Assembly: GCA_051418015.1 (NCBI GenBank)
Contig: JBPRGF010000033.1
Span: 256,001 to 320,000, forward strand
DNA from: Candidatus Nitrospinota bacterium M3_3B_026
Lineage (GTDB): Bacteria; Nitrospinota_A; UBA7883; JBPRGF01
DNA length: 64,000 bases
Direction: 5' to 3'
Shown here piece by piece: positions 8,623 to 17,802 of the stretch. The notes under the pieces are model-generated. The model was not told where the DNA came from. It was given only the letters and a program-made list of their open reading frames with translations, and searched no databases. Position 1 is the stretch's first letter. Every line of letters starts with the position of its first letter. The position numbers were made by a program, and so were the translations under genes.

Positions 8623-10029
8623 ATGACGCAAAAGCCAAGAACCATAGGCGAGCTTCGGGAAGCGGGATATCGGCCCGTCACGGTGAAAGAGGAGATGGAG
8701 CGCAACCTCATAAGGGCCATGGAGTCCGGCGAGGAGCTTTTTCCGGGGATACAGGGCTACGAGACAACCGTCATACCCCAGATAGTAAACGCCGTCCTCT
8801 CCCACCACGACATGGTCCTGCTAGGCGAGAAGGGCCAGGCGAAGACCAGGGTCATGCGCGCCCTGACAAGGTTTCTGGACGACGAGGTCCCCTCCATTGC
8901 GGGCTGCGAGATAAACGACAACCCTTTCGACCCCATCTGCGCCTCGTGCAGAAGGAAGATAGAAGAGCATGGCGACATCGTGGAGATCGACTGGATCCCG
9001 CAAGACAGCCGCTACGGCGAGCGCCTGTCGCCGGGGACGAAGATCGCCGACCTCATAGGCGACCTCGACCCGGCGAGGGTGGCGGGGGGCGCGCCGCTGG
9101 CCTCCGAGGACGCCATAAGCTTCGGCCTCATCCCGCGCATGAACCGGGGGATATTCGCCATAAACGAGCTTCCCGACCTCGACTATCTCATCCAGGTGTC
9201 GCTTTTCAACATCCTCGAGGAGCGCGACATCCAGATACGCGGCTACCCGATCCGCTTCCCGCTGGACGTCGTTTTAGTCTTCTCGGCGAACCCGGAGGAG
9301 TACTCCCGCTCTGGCAAGATAATCTCCCAGCTAAAGGACAGGATCGGCGCGGAGATCAGGACGCACTATCCCCTTTCCCGCGACGTGGGGATAAAGATCA
9401 TCGAGCAGGAGGCGAAGGCGGCCACGGGCGGCGGCTACGAGCTTTTCGTCCCGGATTTCATGAAGGACATAATAGAGCAGATCACCATCGAGGCGCGCAG
9501 GTCGCCATACGTCAACCAGGCCTCCGGCGTCTCCGCCCGCCTCTCCATCGCCAATTACGAGACGATGATCGCCAACGCAAGAAGGCGCGCCATCACCCTC
9601 GGCGAGCGGGTCGTGACGCCGCGCGTCTCGGACCTCAACTACCTCGGCGCGTCGTCGGGGGGCAAGATAGAGTTGGACCCTTTCCGCGAGGAGTCGTTGA
9701 CGGAGTTCCAGACGCTGGGCAGGATAATGGACGCGGCGATCCGCAAAGTGTTCGAGGAGAGGTTCGAGCCAGGAGCCCTGGACGAGCTGGCTGGGGCCAT
9801 CACGGGCGACGTGGCGGTGGAAATAGGCGACATGACGCCGTCGCCGGACTACAAGGAGGTCGTCTCCAGGGTTCCCCAACTCTGGGAGTCTGTCCACGCC
9901 CTCGGCGGGGACGCCTCCGACCAGGCGCGCGCCTCCTGCGTCGAGTTCGTCCTGGAGGGGCTGCACCTCACCGGCAAGCTCACCCGCAAGAAGATCGGCG
10001 ATTTGGCCGCGTACAGGGGCAGGGGCTGA
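8623..10029 (+). CDS. ChlI/MoxR-clade AAA+ ATPase ('magnesium chelatase' family)
   Basis: GEKGQAKT, IADLIGDLDP, GIFAINELPDL, FSANPEEY, LKDRIG. Confidence 0.85.
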   Translation: MTQKPRTIGELREAGYRPVTVKEEMERNLIRAMESGEELFPGIQGYETTVIPQIVNAVLSHHDMVLLGEKGQAKTRVMRALTRFLDDEVPSIAGCEINDNPFDPICASCRRKIEEHGDIVEIDWIPQDSRYGERLSPGTKIADLIGDLDPARVAGGAPLASEDAISFGLIPRMNRGIFAINELPDLDYLIQVSLFNILEERDIQIRGYPIRFPLDVVLVFSANPEEYSRSGKIISQLKDRIGAEIRTHYPLSRDVGIKIIEQEAKAATGGGYELFVPDFMKDIIEQITIEARRSPYVNQASGVSARLSIANYETMIANARRRAITLGERVVTPRVSDLNYLGASSGGKIELDPFREESLTEFQTLGRIMDAAIRKVFEERFEPGALDELAGAITGDVAVEIGDMTPSPDYKEVVSRVPQLWESVHALGGDASDQARASCVEFVLEGLHLTGKLTRKKIGDLAAYRGRG

Positions 10030-10042
10030 AAAGGCGAGGCGT

Positions 10043-10079
10043 AAAAAAACCGGACCGCTTGAGCGCAAGCGGCCCGGTT
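10043..10079 (-). terminator. Intrinsic terminator between convergent genes
   Basis: aaccggaccgcttg..caagcggcccggtt stem with an A7 tract on the plus strand (T7 on minus). Confidence 0.75.
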
Positions 10080-10101
10080 GTATCGTCTACGGAATATCCG
10101 C

Positions 10102-10422
10102 TTATTTGGCGGACTGGACGTAGTCGTACAAAGTCTTGATGTCCTCGTCGGAAAGTTTTTTCTGCGGAGGCATCTTCTTTTTCTCGAAACCGGCTATGGG
10201 CGCGGGCTTGCCGTCCCACTTGGAGCCTTTTTTCACCTGGTTGGTGAACTGCTCGAGGCTCATGGAGCTTTTGACCAGATCAGGCCCGATCTTGCCCTTG
10301 CCCGCTCCGACGTCGCCATGGCAGGTTTTGCATTTCTTGTACGCCGCGGGCGCGTCTCCGGCAAGAGCGGCACCGGCCATCAAGGCCAGAGAGAACGCGG
10401 TGGCAACTAACGTTCGCATCAT
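10102..10422 (-). CDS. Periplasmic class I monoheme cytochrome c
   Basis: Signal peptide, CKTCH, GP motif, distal Met in KMPP, LSDEDI helix. Confidence 0.9.
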   Translation of the reverse strand: MMRTLVATAFSLALMAGAALAGDAPAAYKKCKTCHGDVGAGKGKIGPDLVKSSMSLEQFTNQVKKGSKWDGKPAPIAGFEKKKMPPQKKLSDEDIKTLYDYVQSAK

Positions 10423-10652
10423 TTAATCCCCCCAAATTAATGTAATTGGTTATAACACTGGAGAATCACTCCGAATCATGATTTTACACAAATCTGGCGC
10501 CGCGAAGAACAAAAAACGTCCTCCCTGAAGTCTTTTACGAGAGCCTCTAAAAAAAGTATCGTTGTTTATGACTTTTTTTGGCGAAGAGAGCGAAAGCGGG
10601 TTTATACTAAAGCAAACGCATATGTGAACATGGCGGAAACGGACGATTTAAG

Positions 10653-11222
10653 ATGCCAAAACCTTTCAGGTGGTTTTTACTGCTTCCGGCTCTCATCATA
10701 GCCTTCTCCTGCGGCGGCGGCTCCGAGGAAGGCGGCGGCTCGAGCCCGTCATCTCTCTCCTCCTCCGCTGATCTCATCTCCGGGCTCGGCCCTCCCACGA
10801 TTTTTTCCATAGAATGCATGCGCTACAAATACAACGCCGATACCGGCGTGTGGGAGGCGCAGAGCGGCTTCGTCCGCATAGATACCTGGATATACGCCCG
10901 GGGCTCGACGTCGACGGGCTACACCCTGGTAAACGGCGAGGTCATAAAATCCCAGAGCCTGGACAAGGACCTCAGCTCGTATCCCAGCCTGGGGATGAAC
11001 CCGCGCAGGCTGGGATGCGGCGAGGCCAAATCCACGGTGGAGTCGGTCGTCGGCGGGACTCTCACGGTCACCACCGACGGGACGGAAGCCGAGACGGCCC
11101 TCACCTTCGAGACGTACAAGATCACCTCCAACTACTACAAGCTCGTCACCGGCTCCGGGTCATACACCGAGTCGATCGGAGGATACGAGGTCAATCTGAG
11201 CCTGTCGTTCACCCTGGATTGA
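10653..11222 (+). CDS. Hypothetical lipoprotein
   Basis: Lipobox AFSC followed by a Gly/Ser linker. Confidence 0.7.
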   Translation: MPKPFRWFLLLPALIIAFSCGGGSEEGGGSSPSSLSSSADLISGLGPPTIFSIECMRYKYNADTGVWEAQSGFVRIDTWIYARGSTSTGYTLVNGEVIKSQSLDKDLSSYPSLGMNPRRLGCGEAKSTVESVVGGTLTVTTDGTEAETALTFETYKITSNYYKLVTGSGSYTESIGGYEVNLSLSFTLD

Positions 11223-11243
11223 CCGGCCCCGTCGGCCCTGGTC

Positions 11244-11711
11244 TCACTCCACCTTCCGCCAGACGTTGGTCTGGTCGTGGGGGACGCCATCGCGCTGGTA
11301 GTAGTTCTCCTCAAGGGTGTTGTAATTGTCGCTGAAGGTCATCGTGTACATGTAGACCCTGCCGTCGAGAGTGGGGCAGGTGGTTGAGGTGTAGGTCATG
11401 GTCATGTCGTATCTCGTGTCCGAGATTTTTTCGTTGACCTCCAGCTCCCCGGAGGTCTCGCACACGCCGCAGTGGTTCCAGGTCATCGTGTCCGCCGTGT
11501 AGGTTATGAGGCAGTTGTTGTCCGGCGAGAGCGCGTCGCCGTCCTGGCTCACGGCCCGCCATTGGCCCACCCACGGGGTCGAGGCGCCGCCTTCTTCGCC
11601 GCCTGTTCCGCCGTTCTGCGTTGTGGTGTTCGTGGATGAGCCGCCGCCACTTCCGCAGGCGACCGTCATGACGAGGAGAAAGACCAGAATCAACGCCAGA
11701 TGTTTTCTCAT
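11244..11711 (-). CDS. Hypothetical lipoprotein, lipocalin-like beta barrel suspected
   Basis: MRKHLALILVFLLVMTVAC lipobox, Gly/Thr linker, WVGQW motif, 4 further Cys; GGAGGA RBS. Confidence 0.72.
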   Translation of the reverse strand: MRKHLALILVFLLVMTVACGSGGGSSTNTTTQNGGTGGEEGGASTPWVGQWRAVSQDGDALSPDNNCLITYTADTMTWNHCGVCETSGELEVNEKISDTRYDMTMTYTSTTCPTLDGRVYMYTMTFSDNYNTLEENYYQRDGVPHDQTNVWRKVE

Positions 11712-11745
11712 TCGTCCTCCCTGGAAAAGTCGAAAAAAGCAAAGT

Positions 11746-12321
11746 CTAGTTCCTGGCGAAGCCCGCCTCGGCGAGGGTGGAGAAATTTGACTGGCCGGAG
11801 TCGATGCTCGCGCCGCCGGCCATCTCCACGGCGTTTCCATCGCCGATGAACGTCACCCAGCATTGCCCGTGGATCGTCCCGTCCCCGTCAACGACGAAGG
11901 CGTATGTCTCCTTGGAGGTGGCCGCCCCGCCGCCGTTTCCGGTAATCCAGGTGGCGTTGAGGACGTAGGCGTAGTCGTAATCCGCGATGTTTGCCACGTT
12001 ATCTATGGCGAGCAGGCTGTCCTGAGAGGGATAAAGCTCGAAGCTTTGGGTAACAGCCACGTCGGTCCGGATATACTCGCCGGAGTGGACGGGATAGCCT
12101 TCGCCGGTCGTTTGGCTTGTGCACTCATCGGCCAGGTACGTGGTGTGCCAGACGCTGTTGCCTCGGATGGGGCATGCCAGCCTGTAGACACCTTTAAGAT
12201 CATAGTCTCCGCAAAGAGATCCGCCACCCGTGGATGCGCCTCCGCCACCGCCGCCGCCTCCGCAGGCCGCCACGGTCAAAGCGGAGAGAAAAACAAAAGA
12301 GTTAATTAACCATCTGCTCAC
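11746..12321 (-). CDS. Hypothetical lipoprotein
   Basis: GTG start with GGAGGA RBS; LTVAAC lipobox followed by G8; 4 further Cys. Confidence 0.72.
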   Translation of the reverse strand: MSRWLINSFVFLSALTVAACGGGGGGGGASTGGGSLCGDYDLKGVYRLACPIRGNSVWHTTYLADECTSQTTGEGYPVHSGEYIRTDVAVTQSFELYPSQDSLLAIDNVANIADYDYAYVLNATWITGNGGGAATSKETYAFVVDGDGTIHGQCWVTFIGDGNAVEMAGGASIDSGQSNFSTLAEAGFARN

Positions 12322-12780
12322 ATGATCCTCCTTTTCGTAATAGGGAAAGTAGCTGGAAAAGAATCCCCGCGGGGCACGGACCCTGAGAGCTAAACGGGGA
12401 GAAGACAAGAGCGGCCTGATGGCCGCCGATATGTTAGAAAGCGTCAGGCAGGACGCAAACCGCGCCGGCGCCCGGGAAAAGAGGCGCCCCGAACGGCTTT
12501 GGCTCCGGAAAGATTCCGGTGACAAACATCCTGGCGTGCTTAAAAAGTTTTGAATGACGCATGGCCTGGTATGTTAACAAACGATACAAACGAGCGCAAG
12601 GAGCGGGTCTCATGTCCTGGATGCCGCGCGGGTTCGCCGGGATTTTTTCGGAAATGGCGGCCCGGGGTTATAGAGAAGCCGCCGCCCGCTGTGTTATCTT
12701 TACAATGTCCACGTTGCCCGTTGGGCGCGGGACGCCAATGGTAGATCGTCAAACCTGGAACGCTTGATCGGGGATACGCC

Positions 12781-14172
12781 ATGAAAGTCAACTCCTCAGA
12801 AGAACTCAAAAAGATAGTGGAAGGCTGCGCGAAAGTGGGCGATTCCGTGGAGGTCACGGACCCCGGCGCCTTGCGCTCAGGGCCGATCGACAAGCTTGTC
12901 TACAACGCCGTGTTCGGCCCCACGCCTGAAATCCGGGGAATGGCCAGGTGGATGATAAGAGGCGCCGCGGAGAGCCTCGGGATATGGCCCGCCTCCATCC
13001 AGGGCCTTTACGAGGCGATGGGCCGGGGCGAAGCGAGCGGATATACCGTCCCGGCGGTGAACCTGCGCGGCATGACTTATGACGCCGCCAGGGCCCTGAT
13101 CCGGACGGCGTTGAAGAACAACACCGGCCCGTTCATCTTCGAGATAGCAAGGTCGGAGGTAGGCTACACGAAGCAGAGGCCCGGCGAGTACGCCGCCGTG
13201 GTTATCGCCGCCGCGGTCAAGGAGGGATGGGAAGGCCCTGTCTTCATCCAGGGCGATCATTTCCAGGTGAACGCGAAAAAACACCAGGAAGACCCGGAAA
13301 AAGAGGTCCAGGGCGCCAAGGACCTCATAAAAGAGGCCATAGAGGCCGGGTTTTACAACATAGACATAGACACCTCCACGCTGGTGGACCTTTCGAAACC
13401 GACACTCGACGAGCAGCAGAAGCTCAATTACGAGATCGGCGCGCGGCTCAACGCCTATGTCCGCGAGCTGGAGCCCTCCGGCGTGACGGTCTCCGTAGGC
13501 GGCGAGATAGGCGAGGTCGGCGAGAAGAACTCCACCGTCGAGGAGCTGGACGCCTACATGGAAGGATACCGGCGGGAGATGGACAAGCTGGGCGGAATAA
13601 AGGGCATCAGCAAGGTCTCCGTCCAGACTGGCACGTCCCACGGCGGCGTTCCGCTGCCGGACGGTTCCATAGCGGAGGTCGCGCTCGATTTCGACACCCT
13701 GGACAAGCTAAGCCACAGGGCCAGGGAAAAATACGGCCTGGCGGGCGCCGTCCAGCACGGCGCGTCGACCCTGCCGGACGACGCCTTCCACCATTTCCCG
13801 GAGACCACGACGGCGGAGATACACCTGGCCACCGGGTTCCAGAACATCATCTACGACTCGGAAAGTTTCCCTGCCGATCTGAGGGAGGAAATCTACAAGG
13901 GGCTGCATGAGAGCTTCGCCGCCGAGCGCAAGGAGGGCCAGACGGAGGAGCAGTTCATCTATAAAACCCGCAAGAAGGGTTTTGGCCTTGCCAAGGAAGA
14001 GATATGGACCCTCCCGGAGAAGACGCGGAACGCCATCGCCGGAGAGCTTGAGGGCAAGTTCGATTTTCTTTTCAAAAAGCTGAAGGCGGTGGACAATCGG
14101 GAGGATGTCGGCAAATACATCACGCATCCCCGTGTCTCCCCAAGCATCGAAAAAGAGATATCCTGGGCCTGA
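12781..14172 (+). CDS. fba: Class II fructose-bisphosphate aldolase (long form)
   Basis: IQGDHFQ, GEIGEVG, GTSHGG, VQHGAS metal-binding motifs. Confidence 0.85.
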   Translation: MKVNSSEELKKIVEGCAKVGDSVEVTDPGALRSGPIDKLVYNAVFGPTPEIRGMARWMIRGAAESLGIWPASIQGLYEAMGRGEASGYTVPAVNLRGMTYDAARALIRTALKNNTGPFIFEIARSEVGYTKQRPGEYAAVVIAAAVKEGWEGPVFIQGDHFQVNAKKHQEDPEKEVQGAKDLIKEAIEAGFYNIDIDTSTLVDLSKPTLDEQQKLNYEIGARLNAYVRELEPSGVTVSVGGEIGEVGEKNSTVEELDAYMEGYRREMDKLGGIKGISKVSVQTGTSHGGVPLPDGSIAEVALDFDTLDKLSHRAREKYGLAGAVQHGASTLPDDAFHHFPETTTAEIHLATGFQNIIYDSESFPADLREEIYKGLHESFAAERKEGQTEEQFIYKTRKKGFGLAKEEIWTLPEKTRNAIAGELEGKFDFLFKKLKAVDNREDVGKYITHPRVSPSIEKEISWA

Positions 14173-14213
14173 CGCAGCCGCCTGGCGCCGGCGTCACACT
14201 GAGGCTCACACAT

Positions 14214-14246
14214 TGTCATTCTGAGGCGGCAACCGCCGAAGAATCT
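14214..14246. repeat. Half copy of a TGTCA-type palindromic (REP-like) element
   Basis: tgtcattctgag-gcggcaaccgc-cgaagaatct; shares ends with the elements at 18556 and 20948. Confidence 0.5.
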
Positions 14247-14286
14247 CGCCGCGGCCAAGGCGAGGGCGAGCATTGGCGAACGGGGC

Positions 14287-14313
14287 TAAAGTTTTCTTCT
14301 TTTGCTCCGATAA
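14287..14313 (+). promoter_or_regulatory. Sigma28 (FliA) promoter
   Basis: TAAAGTTT-N11-TCCGATAA versus consensus TAAAGTTT-N11-GCCGATAA. Confidence 0.8.
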
Positions 14314-14352
14314 ACGGAAAAGGAGAACTTCGAGTTTTGAAAGGAGCCGCTC

Positions 14353-14532
14353 ATGAACGTGTCTGAAGCAGGCGCGGCCTCGCTTGCCGTAAACGAGGCG
14401 CTTTCAGCCGAAAAGCCAACGAAAGTGGACGTGGCCGTCGCCAGGAAAGCGCTGGACACCCAGAAGGCCGAGGGAGAGATGGTTGCGGATATGATTAAAA
14501 AAGCCGGAAGCGTGGTGGATGTGACGGCTTAG
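14353..14532 (+). CDS. 59-aa YjfB-like putative motility protein
   Basis: Below the ORF-track cutoff; AAGGAG RBS; MNVSEAG...VDVAVARKALDTQKAEGEMVADMI...GSVVDVTA matches the YjfB pattern. Confidence 0.8.
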   Translation: MNVSEAGAASLAVNEALSAEKPTKVDVAVARKALDTQKAEGEMVADMIKKAGSVVDVTA

Positions 14533-14559
14533 ATTTTTCCGGATTCATGACGCTAAGAG

Positions 14560-14596
14560 CGCCCCGGAGCCCATATCGGCTCGGGGCGTTTTTTTG
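14560..14596 (+). terminator. Intrinsic terminator
   Basis: cgccccggagcc-catatc-ggctcggggcg followed by T7. Confidence 0.75.
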
Positions 14597-14600
14597 ACTT

Positions 14601-15323
14601 TTAAAGCCGCCAGGCGGCCGGCGCCCCGATAATTTTTATCCAGAGTTGATCCTCGGGCCGCATCAGGCTGTCCCACAGCGTGGCGGGGTCCCGCTCGAAA
14701 ATGGACATTTCGTCCGCGTCGATCACCCGCCAGTCGCCCCTGTTGATCTCGAACTCCAGCTGCCCCGGCGCCCAGCCCGTGTATCCCGCGTATACCCTGG
14801 CCGACGAGTCCTCATCGGACAGGGCCTTGGTGAGGGCCTTGACGCTGCCGCTGAAATAGACGTTCCCGAACACGTGGTAAGACTCGGCCACATCCTCGGC
14901 GCTCCTGATGAGCAACACCATGCCTTTTCTGAGGACCGGCCCGCCGAAAAAGAGCCGCTCCCGGCTGTTCTCAAACTCTTTTATCTCCGGCAGCGCCTCC
15001 GAAAGGCTGGTTTCAGTCGGCCTGTTGATAATGACCCCCACCGTCCCCGTCGGGCCGTAATGGGTAAGCAGGACGACAGTCTTCTCGAAGTTCGGATCCT
15101 TCAGCTTCCGTTCGGCCACCAGAAAGACGCCCTTTTTCAGGCCGCTGTGGTTTTTCTCCTTTGTCTGGGGCCCCTGCCGCGACTGTCCCCGATCGTCTTC
15201 AGGATGGAACGGGGCGGCGCTGGCCTGTCCATTGGCCAGCAGGAAAAAGGCTAACCCCAGGACGATGAAGGCAAAGCCCGGCGCGGTGGATTTTTCAGCC
15301 CCGGAAGGCGGGCGATTCGTCAT
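14601..15323 (-). CDS. YqgE/AlgH family protein with an N-terminal signal-like extension
   Basis: DPNFEKTVVLL, GVIINRP, FFGGPV, GYTGWAPGQLEFEI. Confidence 0.88.
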   Translation of the reverse strand: MTNRPPSGAEKSTAPGFAFIVLGLAFFLLANGQASAAPFHPEDDRGQSRQGPQTKEKNHSGLKKGVFLVAERKLKDPNFEKTVVLLTHYGPTGTVGVIINRPTETSLSEALPEIKEFENSRERLFFGGPVLRKGMVLLIRSAEDVAESYHVFGNVYFSGSVKALTKALSDEDSSARVYAGYTGWAPGQLEFEINRGDWRVIDADEMSIFERDPATLWDSLMRPEDQLWIKIIGAPAAWRL

Positions 15324-15570
15324 CGGAAAAAACCTCTGAGCGTGCGGCGGAAGTCATGTCCGCCCGTGTTATGGCTATTTCTCTAATATAACTCACATCA
15401 CGGAAGGCGCCAAGGCTCCCCGGCGCTTCCTTATCCGTCGCTAAAATTCCGCCCGGCGCCTATACATCCAACGCCGCGTTGAATATACTTTTAGACTCGG
15501 AGCCCCGGCCGCATGAAAACCGGCCGGAAGGCGCGGTGTGGAAAGTGAACAACAGCAGGAGAGATTGAAG

Positions 15571-15900
15571 ATGCCGAAGCCGAAGTATCATGTCCTTGTC
15601 TGCACAAACCAGCGCCCCGAGGGCCATCCCAAGGGGAGCTGTCTTCAGAAAAACTCCATGAATATATGGCAGAAATTCGCCGACGTCCTGAACCAGCGGC
15701 AGATGTTCGACACCGTCCTGGTCTCCGGCGTCCGCTCGTGCCTCGGCCCCTGCGGCGCGGGTCCCGTGGTCGTGGTCCATCCGGACAACGTCTGGTACGG
15801 CCCCGTCACCGAGGCGGACGTGGAGGAGATATTCGAAAGCCACCTTGCGGGCGGCAAGCCCGTGGACAGGCTCATGATCCCGGAAGAGGCGTTCGTGTGA
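15571..15900 (+). CDS. Thioredoxin-like [2Fe-2S] ferredoxin
   Basis: HVLVCTNQR..GSC, SCLGPC..GP, DNVWY; AGGAG RBS. Confidence 0.9.
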   Translation: MPKPKYHVLVCTNQRPEGHPKGSCLQKNSMNIWQKFADVLNQRQMFDTVLVSGVRSCLGPCGAGPVVVVHPDNVWYGPVTEADVEEIFESHLAGGKPVDRLMIPEEAFV

Positions 15901-15907
15901 GCTTTTT

Positions 15908-17062
15908 ATGAGAGACCGGCTCGAAGGCGAGAGGGGGGAGGAGGAAAACCTCTCCCCCTGCGCCAGCAGGAGCGGGATGTCGCGCGGCAGGGTCCACCGC
16001 GAGGAGGAGCATCCCTATCGCACGATATACATGCGCGACAGGGACAGGGTCATTCACAGCCAGGCCTTCAGGCGGTTGGAGTACAAGACACAGGTTTTCG
16101 TCTACCACGAGGGCGACCATTACCGCACGCGGCTGACCCATACCCTGGAGGTGGCCCAGATCGCCCGCTCCATGGCCAGAGCTTTGCGTCTCAACGAGGA
16201 CCTGTGTGAGGCGATAGCCCTGTCGCACGACATGGGCCACCCTCCCTTCGGCCATTCCGGCGAGAGGGCCCTGAACGATTTGATGACAGCCGACGGCGGG
16301 TTCGAGCACAACCTGCACACGCTCAGGATCGTCGATCATATAGAGCATCGCTACCCTGACTTCAGGGGCATCAACCTCTCCTGGGAGACCCGCGAGGCCA
16401 TCGCCAAACACTCCAAGTGGAAGGACCATCCCACGGTGCAGGAGTTCATGGACACCCCCAGCCCGTCGCTGGAGGCGCAGGTGGTGGACCTGGCCGACGC
16501 CATCGCCTACAACAGCCACGACCTCGACGACGGGCTGGAGTCCGGCCTGCTTGGCGTGGAGCAGCTTTGCAAAGCGTCGCTTTTCAAAAGGTTCTACACC
16601 TCCGCCGCCTCCAGCGCCAACATGACCAGAAAACTTGTCAACCATCACGTCATTCGCAAGGTCATAAACGCCCAGGTCGGCGATGCCGTGCGGCAGGCGG
16701 AGAACAACACGAAAAGGTTCAGGATCGCCTCTCCCGACGACGCGAGGGCGATCCCGGAGAAGGTGGCCGACTTCTCCGCCGACATGCGAAGGGAGCACAA
16801 CGAGCTGAAAAGCTTTTTGAGAGAGAACATGTACCAGCACTACCGCGTGATACGCATGGAGGAGAAGGCGTATAATGTGGTGAGCGACCTTTTCCGGGCC
16901 TATGACAACAGAAAGGAGTTGCTCCCCACCCATGTCCAGCGCCGGTTCGACGAAGAGGACAAGCGAAGACTGATATGCGACTACATCGCCGGAATGACGG
17001 ACAGGTTCGCCATGGAGGAGCACAGGAAGCTTTTCGACCCCATGGCCAAGGTCTGGCCGTGA
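15908..17062 (+). CDS. dgt: Deoxyguanosinetriphosphate triphosphohydrolase
   Basis: RDRDRVIHSQAFRRLEYKTQV, RTRLTHTLEV, HDMGHPPFGH, DYIAGMTD. Confidence 0.95.
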   Translation: MRDRLEGERGEEENLSPCASRSGMSRGRVHREEEHPYRTIYMRDRDRVIHSQAFRRLEYKTQVFVYHEGDHYRTRLTHTLEVAQIARSMARALRLNEDLCEAIALSHDMGHPPFGHSGERALNDLMTADGGFEHNLHTLRIVDHIEHRYPDFRGINLSWETREAIAKHSKWKDHPTVQEFMDTPSPSLEAQVVDLADAIAYNSHDLDDGLESGLLGVEQLCKASLFKRFYTSAASSANMTRKLVNHHVIRKVINAQVGDAVRQAENNTKRFRIASPDDARAIPEKVADFSADMRREHNELKSFLRENMYQHYRVIRMEEKAYNVVSDLFRAYDNRKELLPTHVQRRFDEEDKRRLICDYIAGMTDRFAMEEHRKLFDPMAKVWP

Positions 17063-17086
17063 CCCGCCCGATTTTTTCATGACGCC

Positions 17087-17326
17087 ATGACGGATGAAAA
17101 TGAACCGATAGAGCGAAAGCTCCTCGAGATACTGGAGGAGGCTATAGCCGAAGAGGCGGCGTCCGCCGACCGCTACCGGCGCGCCCTGAAATACGCCAGG
17201 GACGAGCAGGCCCGTTCTCTTCTGGAGCGGCTGGTGAAAGACGAACTCGCCCACGAGCAGGCGCTGAAGGAGCGTTATTACCAGATCAAGAAAAGGCTGG
17301 GCCTCAAGGTAATGAAGGATAAATGA
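17087..17326 (+). CDS. Small ferritin-like (half-rubrerythrin) protein
   Basis: AIAEE..Y and DELAH (ExxH) helix pair. Confidence 0.75.
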   Translation: MTDENEPIERKLLEILEEAIAEEAASADRYRRALKYARDEQARSLLERLVKDELAHEQALKERYYQIKKRLGLKVMKDK

Positions 17327-17802
17327 CCGGCAGGGCCGAGGGTCCCGCGACCATCATAGGGGTGATCGGCGCCGGCGCCTGCGATGAGAAGACCGCCGCT
17401 GACGCCGAGAGGGTGGGGGAACTGATAGCCGAACGCGGCGCGGCGCTTGTACTCGGCGGCCTGGGCGGAGTGATGGAGGCCGCGGCCAGGGGGGCTTTCA
17501 ACAGGGGAGGGCTCACCATCGGCGTTCTGCCGGGAGACGACAGGACGGCCGCCAACCCATACATAAAAATCCCCATCGTCACGGGCATGGGGCACGCAAG
17601 GAACGTCATCATAGTACATACCGCCCAGGCGCTCGTGGCCGTGGCCGGTGAATACGGCACGCTCTCGGAGATCGCCGTGGCCCTGAAAACGGGCAAGCCG
17701 GTGGTGGCGCTTGGTGGATGGGGCGATATCCGGGGGGTCATCCCGGAGACGGAGCCGGAACGGGCCGTTGAGAAGGTTTTCAGCCTTGTCAGCCCGCGCT
17801 AG
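17323..17802 (+). CDS. LOG-like Rossmann-fold protein (TIGR00725 type)
   Basis: GGLGGVMEAA, TIGVLP, TGMGHARN, GTLSEIA. Confidence 0.88.
   Translation: MTGRAEGPATIIGVIGAGACDEKTAADAERVGELIAERGAALVLGGLGGVMEAAARGAFNRGGLTIGVLPGDDRTAANPYIKIPIVTGMGHARNVIIVHTAQALVAVAGEYGTLSEIAVALKTGKPVVALGGWGDIRGVIPETEPERAVEKVFSLVSPR

Noticed and set aside
8623..10029. Chlorophyll biosynthesis (ChlI/BchI)
   Set aside because: No chlD/chlH or other photosynthesis genes; motifs fit the widespread non-photosynthetic family
12330..12780. 450-nt intergenic region as a possible ncRNA
   Set aside because: No recognisable RNA motif or strong terminator; explained by divergent promoters
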